DNA from: Eledone cirrhosa
Taxonomy: Eukaryota
Assembly: GCA_964016885.1 (NCBI GenBank)
Contig: OZ024763.1
Span: forward strand, 5,890,001-5,954,000
Reading direction: 5' to 3'
DNA: 64,000 nucleotides
In this document: piece after piece, positions 1-11,728 of the stretch
How the letters are laid out: every line of letters starts with the position of its first letter
How positions within the stretch are numbered: position 1 is the first letter of the stretch
The notes under the pieces: generated by a model
What the model was told of the DNA's origin: nothing
The model's input: the letters and a program-made list of their open reading frames with translations, nothing else
Database searches by the model: none
Made by a program: the position numbers and the translations under genes

Positions 1-559
1 TCAACTATAAACAAGATATTTTACTTTTACATGGAAAAGAGGAAGTTGGGGAAAAACCCGAACAACAGAAATTCTTACCTGCTTTAAAGCTACCTTTGTT
101 TTATTTATACTTTTTTGCTTCCCGTGTTCTTTTTGTTTATCTCATACCTCCTCTAGTTTGTTTACTAGCTCTATACGGACGTTTGAAGTGATTAAATAGA
201 TAAAGGTTCTTTCATAAAAGTACGATAGAAAGCTTCCCTAGTCTGTCATGACTTACTAGCTCTATACGTACGTTTAAAATGATTAAATAAAGATTCTTTC
301 TTAAAACTACGATAGAAGGTTTAGATTTAAATATAAACATTTAAAAATGCGACAGTTTTGGGTTATCATTTTGGTTAAAGCATGGAAGAATCATTTTAAG
401 CATTTATAAAAACGCACTCCAAAAACTGTTAAATTCACGGTAATATTGTAGAACCACCACCACCATTGATTTAATCGACTTTACCCTCGTCCCAAAATTG
501 TTGGCTTTGGGTCTAAATCAAACCATTATTATGAACTAATATGTGTGTATGATGGGGGG

Positions 560-815
560 GGGGGGATAAAATAAATAACAGTATCGCACTGGGGTTGATT
601 TAATCGACTTTGCATGGTGTGAAGCGATTGAGAGTATAAGACACTCCACTGGATAGGACGCCAGGCCATCACAGGGTTAAAACCCCAGCTATTGCTGGTA
701 CTCATTTTCAGCTGAGTATACAGGAGCAACATGAAATGAAGTGTTTTGCTGAAGAACACAACACGCAACCCAACCCAGGAATCGAACCCACGACACTAGG
801 CCACGCTCCTCCACT
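560..815 (-). mobile_element. Degenerate tRNA-derived SINE
   Basis: Reverse strand has a B-box-like gggttcgattcc followed by tgtgttcttcagcaaaacacttcatttcatgttgctcc, similar to the SINE at 11382. Confidence 0.55.
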
Positions 816-1098
816 TAACCTTTTAACATTTACATTACTCTATATATATTATTATATTTTTACGGTAAAAGCTTTACCTCACCTAAATATCCCACATAAT
901 ATTGAATCTATGAGATTTTGATATTATTTATTTTGAGAACAATACCTTAACATCAGTATAAGTGGCTGGTTACAGCTGGTTTGAACAGAAAGAGGTGAGA
1001 GAGTTTTGGATGGGTATGGCCTAAATCAGAAACCATTATTAGTTCATTCTTCCAGTGTAGGGGGGGGGGGGTAAAATAAAGTACCAGTAATGCATTAG

Positions 1099-1322
1099 GC
1101 AGTGGATTGGCAGTATCAGTAGAGGGTCGGAGGCCATGCTTTGCAGCGTAGAGTTACAGCCCTTTATGATCTGAGTTCAAATCCTACCAAGGTAAACTTT
1201 GCCTGTCATCCTTACGGGGTCGATAAAATAAAGTACCAGTAATGCACTGGGGTCGATTTAATCGTCTTTCCCCTCCTCCCAAATTGCTGGTTTTTTGCCT
1301 ATATAAGAAACCATTATTATCA
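1099..1322 (+). mobile_element. SINE family A (tRNA-like head; gcctttcatcc..ggggtcgataaaataaagtaccag body; (ATT)n tail)
   Basis: B-box gagttcaaatcc. Related copies at ~1770-1990 (-), 13955-14030 and 61497-61690. Confidence 0.7.
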
Positions 1323-1769
1323 ATTATCCATCAATTTCAGTGGGAAATAATTATTTTATAATTCATGTGATAATTAAATTTACCTGCAATTGATTATCTC
1401 CCCTGGAAAAAGGCAGGAACGTGGACTCTTCCTAATCCTTATTGATTTCTTAATGACAATCATCATCGTCATCATTTTACGTCTGCTTTTCCCTGTTTGC
1501 AAGGGTGGTACGGGTCCTATTCAGCACAGCACCTCTCCATTCTTCACGGTCCTTCGTCATCTCCACCCCTGATTTCGTGGTCTTGCTCTACTGGGATTTC
1601 TTGGCACTTCTTTACCCAGCAGTCATCCTCCATTCACATCACATGACCATACCAACACATCACATGACCATACCAACACATTACTTGGCCATACCAACAC
1701 ATTACTTGGCCATACCAACACATTCTTCTCCCCCAACACATTACTTGGTCGTTCACACACATTGACAAT

Positions 1770-1992
1770 AATAATAATAATAATGGTTTCTGATTTAGGC
1801 ACAAGGCCAACAACAATTTGGGCAATTAAATCAACCCCCAGTACATTACTGGTACTTTATTTTATCGACCCCGGAAGGATGAAAGGCAAAGTTAACCTTG
1901 GCGGGATTTGAACTCAGTCCGTAAAGGGACGTAACTGTGCTGCAAAGCATGGTGCCCGACCCTCTACCTATTCTGCCAATTCACCGCCCTTG
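1770..1992 (-). mobile_element. SINE family A copy, inverted
   Basis: Reverse-complement similarity to 1099-1322 (ctggtactttattttatcgaccccgg...gggatttgaactcag). Confidence 0.7.
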
Positions 1993-2030
1993 TGATAATA
2001 ATAATAACAATAATAATAATAACAATAATG

Positions 2031-2061
<31 letters not shown>

Positions 2062-2131
2062 CAACAACAACAACAACAACAATAGTAGTAGTAATGATAA
2101 TTATTATTTTTACCTTCCCAAGGCTGTCAAG

Positions 2132-2470
2132 ATGGATGGTACAAGAAGCAGCACAAAATCTCGTCGCAGGTCTTTGAGGACCCTGCAGCCACTGGACACT
2201 ACTCTGAATACAACACAGAGTGATGACTTACCCCAGAAGTATGGGTCAGTTTGGATTAACTGTGAATTGCCATCCCCAAAACTGAAGTATAAACGTCAGA
2301 GTATGTCCAGGCGGTCAATAAATCGGTCTTTCATGGAGAGCCACAACAACAACAACAACTGCAACGATATGGACTGTTCCGACAAGGAGAATGTTTATAT
2401 CAACTGTCATCTTGGTATCAAAACTGAAAGTGTAGCATCTCCGATGTCATCATCATCATCATCAACACCG

Positions 2471-2501
<31 letters not shown>

Positions 2502-5500
2502 TGTCGTCAATGTCAAACTGCATTATGGCCAGGAACTCTGGGATTAATTCTATTAATTCTAAAGACATTTCTAGTTCTGGCCGTTCCAAGCAATCTTCCA
2601 TTCCACCGGAGCGTCTCGTGGAAGTTATTAGTGCCATGTCTATTGAAGATAGTTATAAACATTACCAAAAGAAGGTCTACTCAAATCCTGGTCTTTCTTA
2701 TAGTAACATGCAGGATAACAATAATAATAATAATACGGACTACCAGCCTTATTCTGAAACATTCTCTGAGGAATTTGTATCGCAGATATTTGAGAAAAAT
2801 GGAAACAACTCTAATTTGACTTCAGCCAACCATTCAGTGGTGAAATCTTGTGATTCTAGCTTTGATTCTGGTCATTCAGTGGTGAAATCTTGTGATTCTA
2901 GCTTTGATTCTGGTCATTCAGTGGTGAAATCTTGTGATTCTAGCTTTGATTCTGGTCATTCAGTGGTGAAATCTTGTGATTCTAGCTTTGATTCCAGTCA
3001 TTCAGTGGTGAAATCTTGTGATTCTAGCTTTGATTCCAGTCATTCAGTGGTGAAATCTTGTGATTCTAGCTTTGATTCCAGTCATTCAGTGGTGAAATCT
3101 TGTGATTCTAGCACCGATTCCTGCCACCTTTCAGATGAAACAGAACAACAATACAGAAGATACTACATTCTGTTGAAAGAAAACTTGTTAGGACTTCAGA
3201 GTCCTGCTGTTAATGAATGTGGCTCGTTTGGGCTCCAGAACCCTGATGTTAATGAGAATGACTTGTTAAAAGTTCAGAATCTTGACGCTAATGAGAGTGA
3301 CTCGTTAGAACTCCAGAGTTCTGATACTAATGAGAGTGGCTCGTTAGAACTCCAGAGTTCTGGTACTAATGAGAGTGGATCGTTAGAACTTCAGAGGCTT
3401 CAAGCTAATGAGGGTGACTCGTTAGAGTTCCAGAGCCCTGATGCTAATGAGAGTGACTCATTCAAAGTCCAGAGCCCCAATACTAATAAGAGTGACTCGT
3501 TAGGAGTCCAGAGTTCTGATACTAATGAGAGTGGCTCGTTAGAACTCCAGAGTTCTGGTACTAATGAGAGTGGATCGTTAGAACTTCAGAGGCTTCAAGC
3601 TAATGAGGGTGACTCGTTAGAGTTCCAGAGCCCTGATGCTAATGAGAGTGACTCATTCAAAGTCCAGAGCCCCAATACTAATAAGAGTGACTCGTTAGGA
3701 GTCCAGAGTTCTGATACTAATGAGAGTGGCTCGTTAGAACTCCAGAGTTCTGATACTAATGAGAGTGGATCGTTAGAACTTCAGAGGCCTGAAGCTAATG
3801 AGGGTGACTCGTTAGAGTTCCAGAGCCCTGATGCTAATGAGAGTGACTCATTCGAAGTCCAGAGCCCCAATACTAATAAGAGTGACTCGTTAGGAGTCCA
3901 GAGTCATGAAACTAATGAGGGTGACTCGTTAACACTAAATAAAAGCCTAAGCCAAGTGAAGAAACTCAACAATTCACTGTCTTCCCAGACTTCTTCCGAT
4001 AATCTCATTTCTATCAAAATTAATCTTTCCGGGGTGTCGGATAGCACGAGAGGAAACTCTGCGTGTCTGGAATATTCAACTGGTCCCACTGGCATAGAGA
4101 TGAATTTTTCCAGTAAAATGACTCGCCTTGATGAAAATAGTTCCGAGTTCAGTGGAAACTACTCCCATGAAAGCACAAATGAGTCATCTGAAGTTGAAGA
4201 AAACAGTTTCAATAACTCTGCATGTTTTCATTCCTCTGTTGATACCAGCAGTTCCTCCCCTTCTGATCTCACGTCAGTCACTTCAGACTCATGGCAGTTT
4301 TTCACAGGATATCCTGATGCCGATGATGTACACAGGAAGAAGGAATTTAATGTGTTGTCTAATTCCGTTTTATGGAACACCTCGTTAGAGTCAGAATTGT
4401 CCGAGTCTTGGTGCTTTACATCACAGAGTTCTCTCCATAAACTGCCACACTCTTCCATTTACCAATGCTCAACACCTTGCAGAAGAAGCGAAACTCTACC
4501 TGCTAATGAAAGTTTTACTTTGTCTCAATCAGAGTCTCAAAGTCCGCAGACAGGTAGAGAGCAAGACCAGGTGTTGAATGTTTCTAGAATTCTACTGAAA
4601 GGTGTTTCTCCTGTGTTACCCCAGTTCAAAATTCCGGCACACCTCAGCCAAACTGGACAAAACTACAGAGATATGCCACCCTGTTCTTCGTTTAACAACA
4701 TCAGAGACAGTATACCTGAGAACAGTAGTGTGTTGTTTGGAACAGAAGTATCAGGTGGCAGGGACCTTTCCGGAGCTAATTTAAGGGACACTCCTGGACC
4801 TTATCTAAAGGACTCTTTTGAAGCCAATTTAAAGGATGCTTCTCAGCAAATGAGCCCTGTTGGAAATAAAAGTCTTGAGTCTTTAATGACCAAGCTTAAT
4901 TTGTCTTGTACTGGCATTTCTGAAGAATCTTCCGCCAACCAGTCTTCAGAATCTGCGACATCTGTTGTTGACTGTCACTATTCTTCAGTTTCAGAACTAA
5001 AAGCTAAAAAGTCTAAAAGCCAAGTTCTAGAGTCAGCTTCTGATTCTGAAGCAGCTTTAGTTAAACTAAACCTTGAGAATGTTGGACCAGTCCAAGAAAT
5101 TGATAATGTCCATATGGAATATTTGCGGGAATTTAAATCCGCTGATGTAGAAAAGCAAAATACATGCAAAGCTCCCCCTATTTCTAAAGTTACAATAAAA
5201 AGGGGTCGGAAATCTTCTGTGACTTCCAAGGATGTGACAATAGAATGTTTGCAAGAACCTGTCGCCTTTTTGGAATTTAACCCTCCTCACGAACAATATA
5301 CATGTTCAGCTCCCCCTATTTCTAAAGATACAATAAAAAGGGGTCGCAAATCTTCTGTGAATTCCAAGGAAGAAACAAGAGAATGTTTGCAAGAACCTGT
5401 CCCCTTTTTGGAATTTAACCCTTCTGAAGAAGCTCATCCTATTTCTAAAGTTATAATAAAAAGGGGTCGGGAATCTTCTGTGAATTCCAAGGAAGAAACA

Positions 5501-8086
5501 AAGGACTTTGAAATTGTTGATATGGAATGTTGCCTGGAAAGTGATACCCCTCAGGAAATTAACTTCGCTGATATAGAGAAACAATATACAAGCAAAGCTC
5601 CCCCTATTTCTAAAGTTACAATAAAAAGGGGTCGGAAATCTTCTGTGACTTCCAAGGAAGTGACAATAGAATGTTTGCAAGAACCTGTCCCCTTTTTGGA
5701 ATTTAACCCTTCTGAAGAACAATATACATGTTCAGCTCCCCCTATTTCTAAAGTTAAGCCAAAAAAGGGTCGGAAATCTTCTGTGAATTCCAAAAAAGTG
5801 ACAATAGAATGTTTGCAAGAACCTGTCCCATCTTTGGAATTTAACCCTTCTGAAGAACAATATACATGTTCAGCTCCCCCTATTTCTAAAGATACAATAA
5901 AAAGGGGTCAGGAATCTTCTGTGACTTCCAAGGAAGAAACAAAGGACTTTGAAATTGTTGATATGGAATGTTGCCTGGAAAGTGATACCCCTCAGGAAAT
6001 TAACTTCGCTGATATAGAGAAACAATATACAAGCAAAGCTCCCCCTATTTCTAAAGTTACAATAAAAAGGGGTCGGAAATCTTCTGTGACTTCCAAGGAA
6101 GTGACAATAGAATGTTTGCAAGAACCTGTCCCCTTTTTGGAATTTAACCCTTCTGAAGAAGCTCATCCGATTTCTAAAGTTACAATAAAAAGGGGTCGCA
6201 AATCTTCTGTGAATTCCAAAGAAGAAACAAGAAAATGTTTGCAAGAACCTGTCCCCTTTTTGGAATTTAACCCTTCTGAAGAAGCTCATCCTATTTCTAA
6301 AGTTACAATAAAAAGGGGTCGCAAATCTTCTGTGAATTCCAAGGAAGAAACAAGAAAATGTTTGCAAGAACCTGTCCCCTTTTTGGAATTTAACCCTTCT
6401 GAAGAAGCTCATCCTATTTCTAAAGTTACAATAAAAAGGGGTCGCAAATCTTCTGTGAATTCCAAGGAAGAAACAAGTGAACGTTTGCAAGAACCTGTCC
6501 CCTTTTTCGAATTTAACCCTTCTGAAGAACAATATACAAGCAAAGCTCCCCCTATTTCTAAAGTTACAATAAAAAGGGGTCGCAAATCTTCTGTGAATTC
6601 CAAGGAAGAAACAAGAAAATATTTGCAAGAACCTGTCCCCTTTTTGGAATTTAACCCTTCTGAAGAAGCTCATCCTATTTCTAAAGTTACAATAAAAAGG
6701 GGTCGCAAATCTTCTGTGAATTCCAAGGAAGAAACAAGAAAATGTTTGCAAGAACCTGTCCCCTTTTTGGAATTTAACCCTTCTGAAGAAGCTCATCCTA
6801 TTTCTAAAGTTACAATAAAAAGGGGTCGCAAATCTTCTGTGAATTCCAAGGAAGAAACAAGTGAACGTTTGCAAGAACCTGTCCCCTTTTTCGAATTTAA
6901 CCCTTCTGAAGAACAATATACAAGCAAAGCTCCCCCTATTTCTAAAGTTACAATAAAAAGGGGTCGCAAATCTGTGAATTCCAAGGAAGAAACAAGTGAA
7001 CGTTTGCAAGAACCTGTCCCCTTTTTCGAATTTAACCCTTCTGAAGAACAATATACAAGCAAAGCTCCTCCTATTTCTAAAGTTACAATAAAAAGGGGTC
7101 GGAAATCTTCTGTGAATTCCAAGGCGGTAACAAGAGAATGTTTGCAAGATCCTGTCCCCTTTTTGGAATTTAACCCTCCCCCTATTTCTAAAGTTAAGCC
7201 AAAAAGGGGTCAGAAATCTTCTGTGAATTCCATGGAAGAAATAAAGGACTTTGAAATTGTTGATATGGAATGTTGCCTGGAATGTGATACCCCTCAGGCA
7301 ATTAACTTCGCTGATATAGAGAAAGAAAATATATGCAAAGCTCCCCCTATTTCTAAAGTTACAATAAAAAGGGGTCGGAAATCTTCTGTGACTTCCAAGA
7401 AAGAATTAGGAAACTTTGGTGTTGTCGATATGGAATGTTACCTTCAAAGTGGTAACCGTCTGGAAATTAACCCTGCTGAAGAAGAAGGCAAAACTCTACT
7501 GACCTCTGTTACCAAAGTTAAACTGCAAAGAAGCAGAAAGTCTATCAGTAATTCTAAACAGACGAATTTAAAGACAAGAGGAGGGCGAAGGTCAACCTGT
7601 CTGAAAATTAACGATGACCAATCTGGAGAAAATGTGAACATCATTGACGACACTGTAGCAAACTGTTCTGAAGTAGATTGTAACAACATCACCATTGCTG
7701 ACACAAAACCCTTTCGTAGGACAAGCAAGAGGAAATCTATCGAAGTCTCTCTCATGCTGAATAAAAATACTAAAATGGAAGGAATTGATTCAATGGTTGT
7801 GGAAGACGAGGGGAATGTCAAGTTGGAAGAAATTTACCTCCAGAAAAATTACAAACCCATTAAGACCACTCTACAACTTGAAACTATTTATGATTCTCCG
7901 ACCAAGAAAGGGCCCAATGCTTTGTTTAGCAAGAAGAAAACCTCGAGGACGCTCACCTTCGAGACAAATAATACAAAATTGAAGAATCGCAGAAAGAAAG
8001 CTTTGAAAAACTGGCCGTTGTTGTTTGAAGTCTTAGACGCCGCTTATAATCGGCAGCTGACGTTTTGTGATGATGACTCACTTTAG
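2132..8086 (+). CDS. Large low-complexity/tandem-repeat protein (~1984 aa) with C-terminal Tantalus (PRR14/PRR14L-like) motif, single coding exon
   Basis: Uninterrupted ORF 1937-8086. Its 5' part runs through a SINE and (AAT)n, so the probable start is ATG 2132, just after a pyrimidine-rich acceptor (ttttaccttcccaag, AG 2121-2122). The C-terminal EEIYLQKNYKPIKTTLQLETIYDSP resembles the Tantalus-domain consensus (EEIYxNKNY...LETIFEEP) recalled from PRR14/Tantalus. Confidence 0.75.
2831..3120 (+). repeat. Coding 42-nt tandem repeat (HSVVKSCDSSFDS[G/S]) x7
   Basis: cattcagtggtgaaatcttgtgattctagctttgattc recurs every 42 nt, in frame. Confidence 0.95.
3190..3932 (+). repeat. Coding 39-nt repeat (NESxSLELQSxxT/A), ~18 units, with 195-nt higher-order period
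   Basis: aatgagagtg recurs every 39 nt. Five-unit blocks recur at 195-nt spacing (3317, 3512, 3707). Confidence 0.9.
5150..7400 (+). repeat. Coding ~40-50 aa repeat (PISKVTIKRGRKSSVNSKEE...LQEPVPFLEFNPSEE), 17 units
   Basis: 17 PISK-containing units counted in the ORF translation. All indels preserve the frame. Confidence 0.92.
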
Positions 8087-8388
8087 ATTTGGTTACATAA
8101 AATATTATTATTATTATATTATATATATATGTATATATTATATATATATTCACAAACACACACTCACTCATGTGTGTGTAAGTGTATATATGTATATATG
8201 TACATACACACTCGTGTATGTATATATATATATATATATATGTGTGTATGTGTATACATATATATACACATATATCTATACATACACAGAGATACAGATA
8301 CATATGTATTTATGTGTGTGTGTGTGTGTGTATATACACACATGTATGTGTTGTGTACATTTATATATATATAGAGAGAGGGGGGGGA

Positions 8389-8452
<64 letters not shown>

Positions 8453-8569
8453 GTGAAGCAGCAGGAAGGCCAGAAATCAGGAAATATTCAATGAGACATG
8501 ACTGGAATGGCTGAAGTGCAATGACTGACCAACAGTAAAAAAACACACACACACGTCTACATAACTTTA

Positions 8570-8960
8570 CTGTCTTCACACACACATCTTCACATAACTC
8601 TACTATCACACATACACATCTCTTCACATAACTCTACTATCACACATACATCTTCACATAACTTTACTATCACACATACACATCTCTTCACATAACTCTA
8701 CTATCACATACACATCTCTTCACATAACTCTTCTATCACACATACACATCTCTTCACATAACTCTACTATCACATACACATCTCTTCACCTAACTCTTCT
8801 ATCACACATACACATCTCTTCACATAACTCTACTATCACACATAAACATCTCTTCACATAACTCTACTATCACACATACACATCTCTTCACATAACTCTA
8901 CTATCACACATACATCTTCACATAACTTTACTATCACACAGATATAACTACTATCACACA
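8570..8960. repeat. ~33-bp minisatellite (cacatacacatctcttcacataactctactatca)
   Basis: Roughly 12 tandem copies visible downstream of the large ORF, upstream of an ATTAAA at ~9007. Confidence 0.9.
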
Positions 8961-9185
8961 CTGTTACAGACAAAATGAACATTTTTTAATACTTTGAATA
9001 TATAAAATTAAAAGTTTTACATTTAATCTGTGTTTCTTTTTCTCTCTCTATGAAGGATGTTTATCTATTTATATATATATATATGCGATGAAATACCAAT
9101 GATGGTTGGAAAATCACTGACGAAGGACTATTTTTATCATATGTAACCCATGTGCAACCACACAGTATTCTTCTTTCTTCTCATG

Positions 9186-9228
<43 letters not shown>

Positions 9229-9315
9229 GGAAAGTTATATTTAAAATTGTTGGGTTACAACTAGTAAATATTTATAACTGATATAAAAGCACTCAACAAG
9301 TATTTGGAGTATATT

Positions 9316-9707
9316 TACAATATTAAATAAATGGAAACTATATTTATAAAACCATATTTATTTCATTATATATATTTCGGGGATATCATATTAACAATAT
9401 GCTATGCCTTCCTCAGACAAAATACAATATAAACAGTTTTATAGATAAATAGATTCGACATACCGTAATAACACCGACTTGCATTTGGAGAGGTTAAAAC
9501 AGGCAGTGTTTTAACACTGCCTGTTTTAACCTCTCCAAATGCAAGTCGGTGTTATTACGGTATGTCGAATCTATTTATCTATAAAACTGTTTATATTGTA
9601 TTTTGTCTGAGGAAGGCATAGCATATTGTTAATATGATATCCCCGAAATATATATAATGAAATAAATATGGTTTTATAAATATAGTTTCCATTTATTTAA
9701 TATTGTA
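9316..9707. repeat. Perfect palindrome, 195-bp arms, 2-nt spacer
   Basis: Symmetric about 9511/9512 (ggcagtgtt|tt|aacactgcc). End coordinates are symmetric (9316+9707 = 9511+9512). Confidence 0.92.
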
Positions 9708-10358
9708 TATATATATATATATACTGGGATTTCTTGGCACTTCTTTACCCAGCGTCATCCTCCACACACATCACATGTCCATACCATCTTAGTCTTCTCT
9801 CCTGCACACTACAGCCTATCCCTCTTATATACTGTATATAGAACATAACCGGTTTCGATGTATCAGTGAAATCCATCTTATCAAATGTTTAGTATTACAA
9901 TTAAAAAGAATTAAAAATTAAAGATTTAAAATTAAGTGTTGAGGCAGGTTTGTTCATCTTTCTTGTTGAGAAGACTGGATCTAAAATGGAATCTTGTATA
10001 TATATATATAGAGAGAGAGAGGGGTAGTTATAGTAGTAGTAGTGGTGGTGGTTGTGTTTTTTCACAGAACAAAATTATTTTTAAGGGGGGAAATTTTCTG
10101 TAAATATGTGTGCATCTCAATTGTGTTAATGGACTGGTCAAGAGTTCAGATGGAGGTGCCGAGGAGGCGAAATGTAAGCTAGAGATAAATTCTATGTATA
10201 TATCTATGACAAATTATATATATATATATTCACTTTGCGCGAATAACGGACTATAACGCGTGTGGTTTTTAATTTTTTTAAATTAGACTTGAATTACACG
10301 AATTTGCTTTATGCACTGTGTTCACAAACACATCTTCGCGTAAAAAGCAAACGCACTG

Positions 10359-10391
<33 letters not shown>

Positions 10392-10443
10392 TAATTTCAG
10401 TAACAGAAGATTCAAAGCATTATCAATTAATACAACTATTATA

Positions 10444-10740
10444 TCATCATCATCATCATTTCACGTCCGCTTTTCCCTGCTTACAAGGGTGGGACGCGTC
10501 CTATTCAGTACAGCATCTCTCTACTTGTCACGGTCCTTCGACATCTCCACTGTGAGGTTCAGCAATCTGAGGTCTGCTCTCACCACCTCCGCCCATGTTT
10601 TTCGTGGTCTACCTCTACCACGTCTTCCTTCAACTGGCATTTCCTGGCACTTCTTCACCCATTGGTCATCCTCCATGCGCATCACATGTCCATACCATCG
10701 CAGTCTCCTCTCTCGCACACTACAATCTTTCCCTCTCAAC
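10444..10740 (-). mobile_element. RTE-clade LINE 3' end fragment with (ATG)n tail
   Basis: Encodes RERRLRWYGHVMRMEDDQWVKK...GRRGRGRPRKTW. A near-identical fragment lies at 21675-21966 (+). Confidence 0.85.
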
Positions 10741-11116
10741 ACATCCATATACATATTTATGTATATATATATAAATGTGTGTATTTATATCTATCTATAT
10801 ACTACTAAAACTCTGTGGTTGCTTGCCTGTCTGTCTGTAATGTAATACAGCCAAAAGGGCGCATAATGGGAAAATACTTTGAAAGGAAGTTGACCCTGAA
10901 ATGGGGATAGAAATGGAATAAAACAAGTTTTGAGTAATTTGGAGCACATGTTCCCAAGATATGGGGTTTTTCTGGGTACCTTCATAAATAGAGAGAAAGA
11001 GATAGTGGTTGTGAGAGAGGGGAGAGGAGAAGGAGAATGGAAGATAGTGGTGGTGTTGTGTATATATGTGTATGTATGTGTGTGTTGGTGACCAGTGTAT
11101 ATAGATCACTGACACT

Positions 11117-11156
<40 letters not shown>

Positions 11157-11333
11157 CATACATACATGCATATATATATATATGTATACACAGATACATA
11201 TATATATATATACACACACACGTATATATACGGACCTTCCAGTTTCATTTCACATTATATACATGTCTGTATATTTTGATTATTTAAAAATTATTTTTAA
11301 GTGAACATGACCTAACGGGTCACCAGTGGTCTA

Positions 11334-11381
<48 letters not shown>

Positions 11382-11383
<2 letters not shown>

Positions 11384-11715
11384 AGGCACATGGCTTAGTG
11401 GTTAGAGCATTGGCCTTGCAATCGAAAGGCTGTGAATTCAATTCTCAGACCGGGTGATGTGTTGTTTCCTTGAGCAAGACACTTTATTTCACATTGCTCC
11501 AGTTTACTCAGCTGTAGAAATGAGATGATAGGGACTGGGGTCCTTATCATTCCACTGCAAAGTGGTCGTGGAGGCGCCACGGCAAAAAAGCACCCAGCAC
11601 TCACTGTAAATGAGGTTGGTGTTAGGAAGGGCATCCAGCTGTAGAAATCAGGCCAGAATCAGTTCCCGTCCCACCCTTGCAAGCAGGGAAAAAGTGGACG
11701 TAAAATGAAATGAAA
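11382..11715 (+). mobile_element. tRNA-derived CORE-like SINE with RTE-derived 3' tail
   Basis: A-box tggcttagtgg, B-box-like gaattcaattc, CORE-like tccttgagcaagacactt. Tail cccacccttgcaagcagggaaaa..ggacgtaaaatga is shared with the RTE 3' end. Inverted copy at 60598-60930. Confidence 0.8.
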
Positions 11716-11728
11716 TATATATATATAT

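Noticed and set aside
60-90. Minus-strand splice donor (cttacctg) suggesting a divergent gene's first exon
   Set aside because: A single motif at the window edge with no supporting reading frame.
1937-2131. N-terminal poly-Asn extension of the 2049-aa ORF
   Set aside because: Begins at a GTG inside an inverted SINE and runs through an (AAT)n tract upstream of a likely splice acceptor; probably intronic.
5870-7147. 425-aa antisense ORF inside the large gene
   Set aside because: Shadow of the coding repeat. One stop-free antisense unit repeated gives a long ORF, with no independent evidence.
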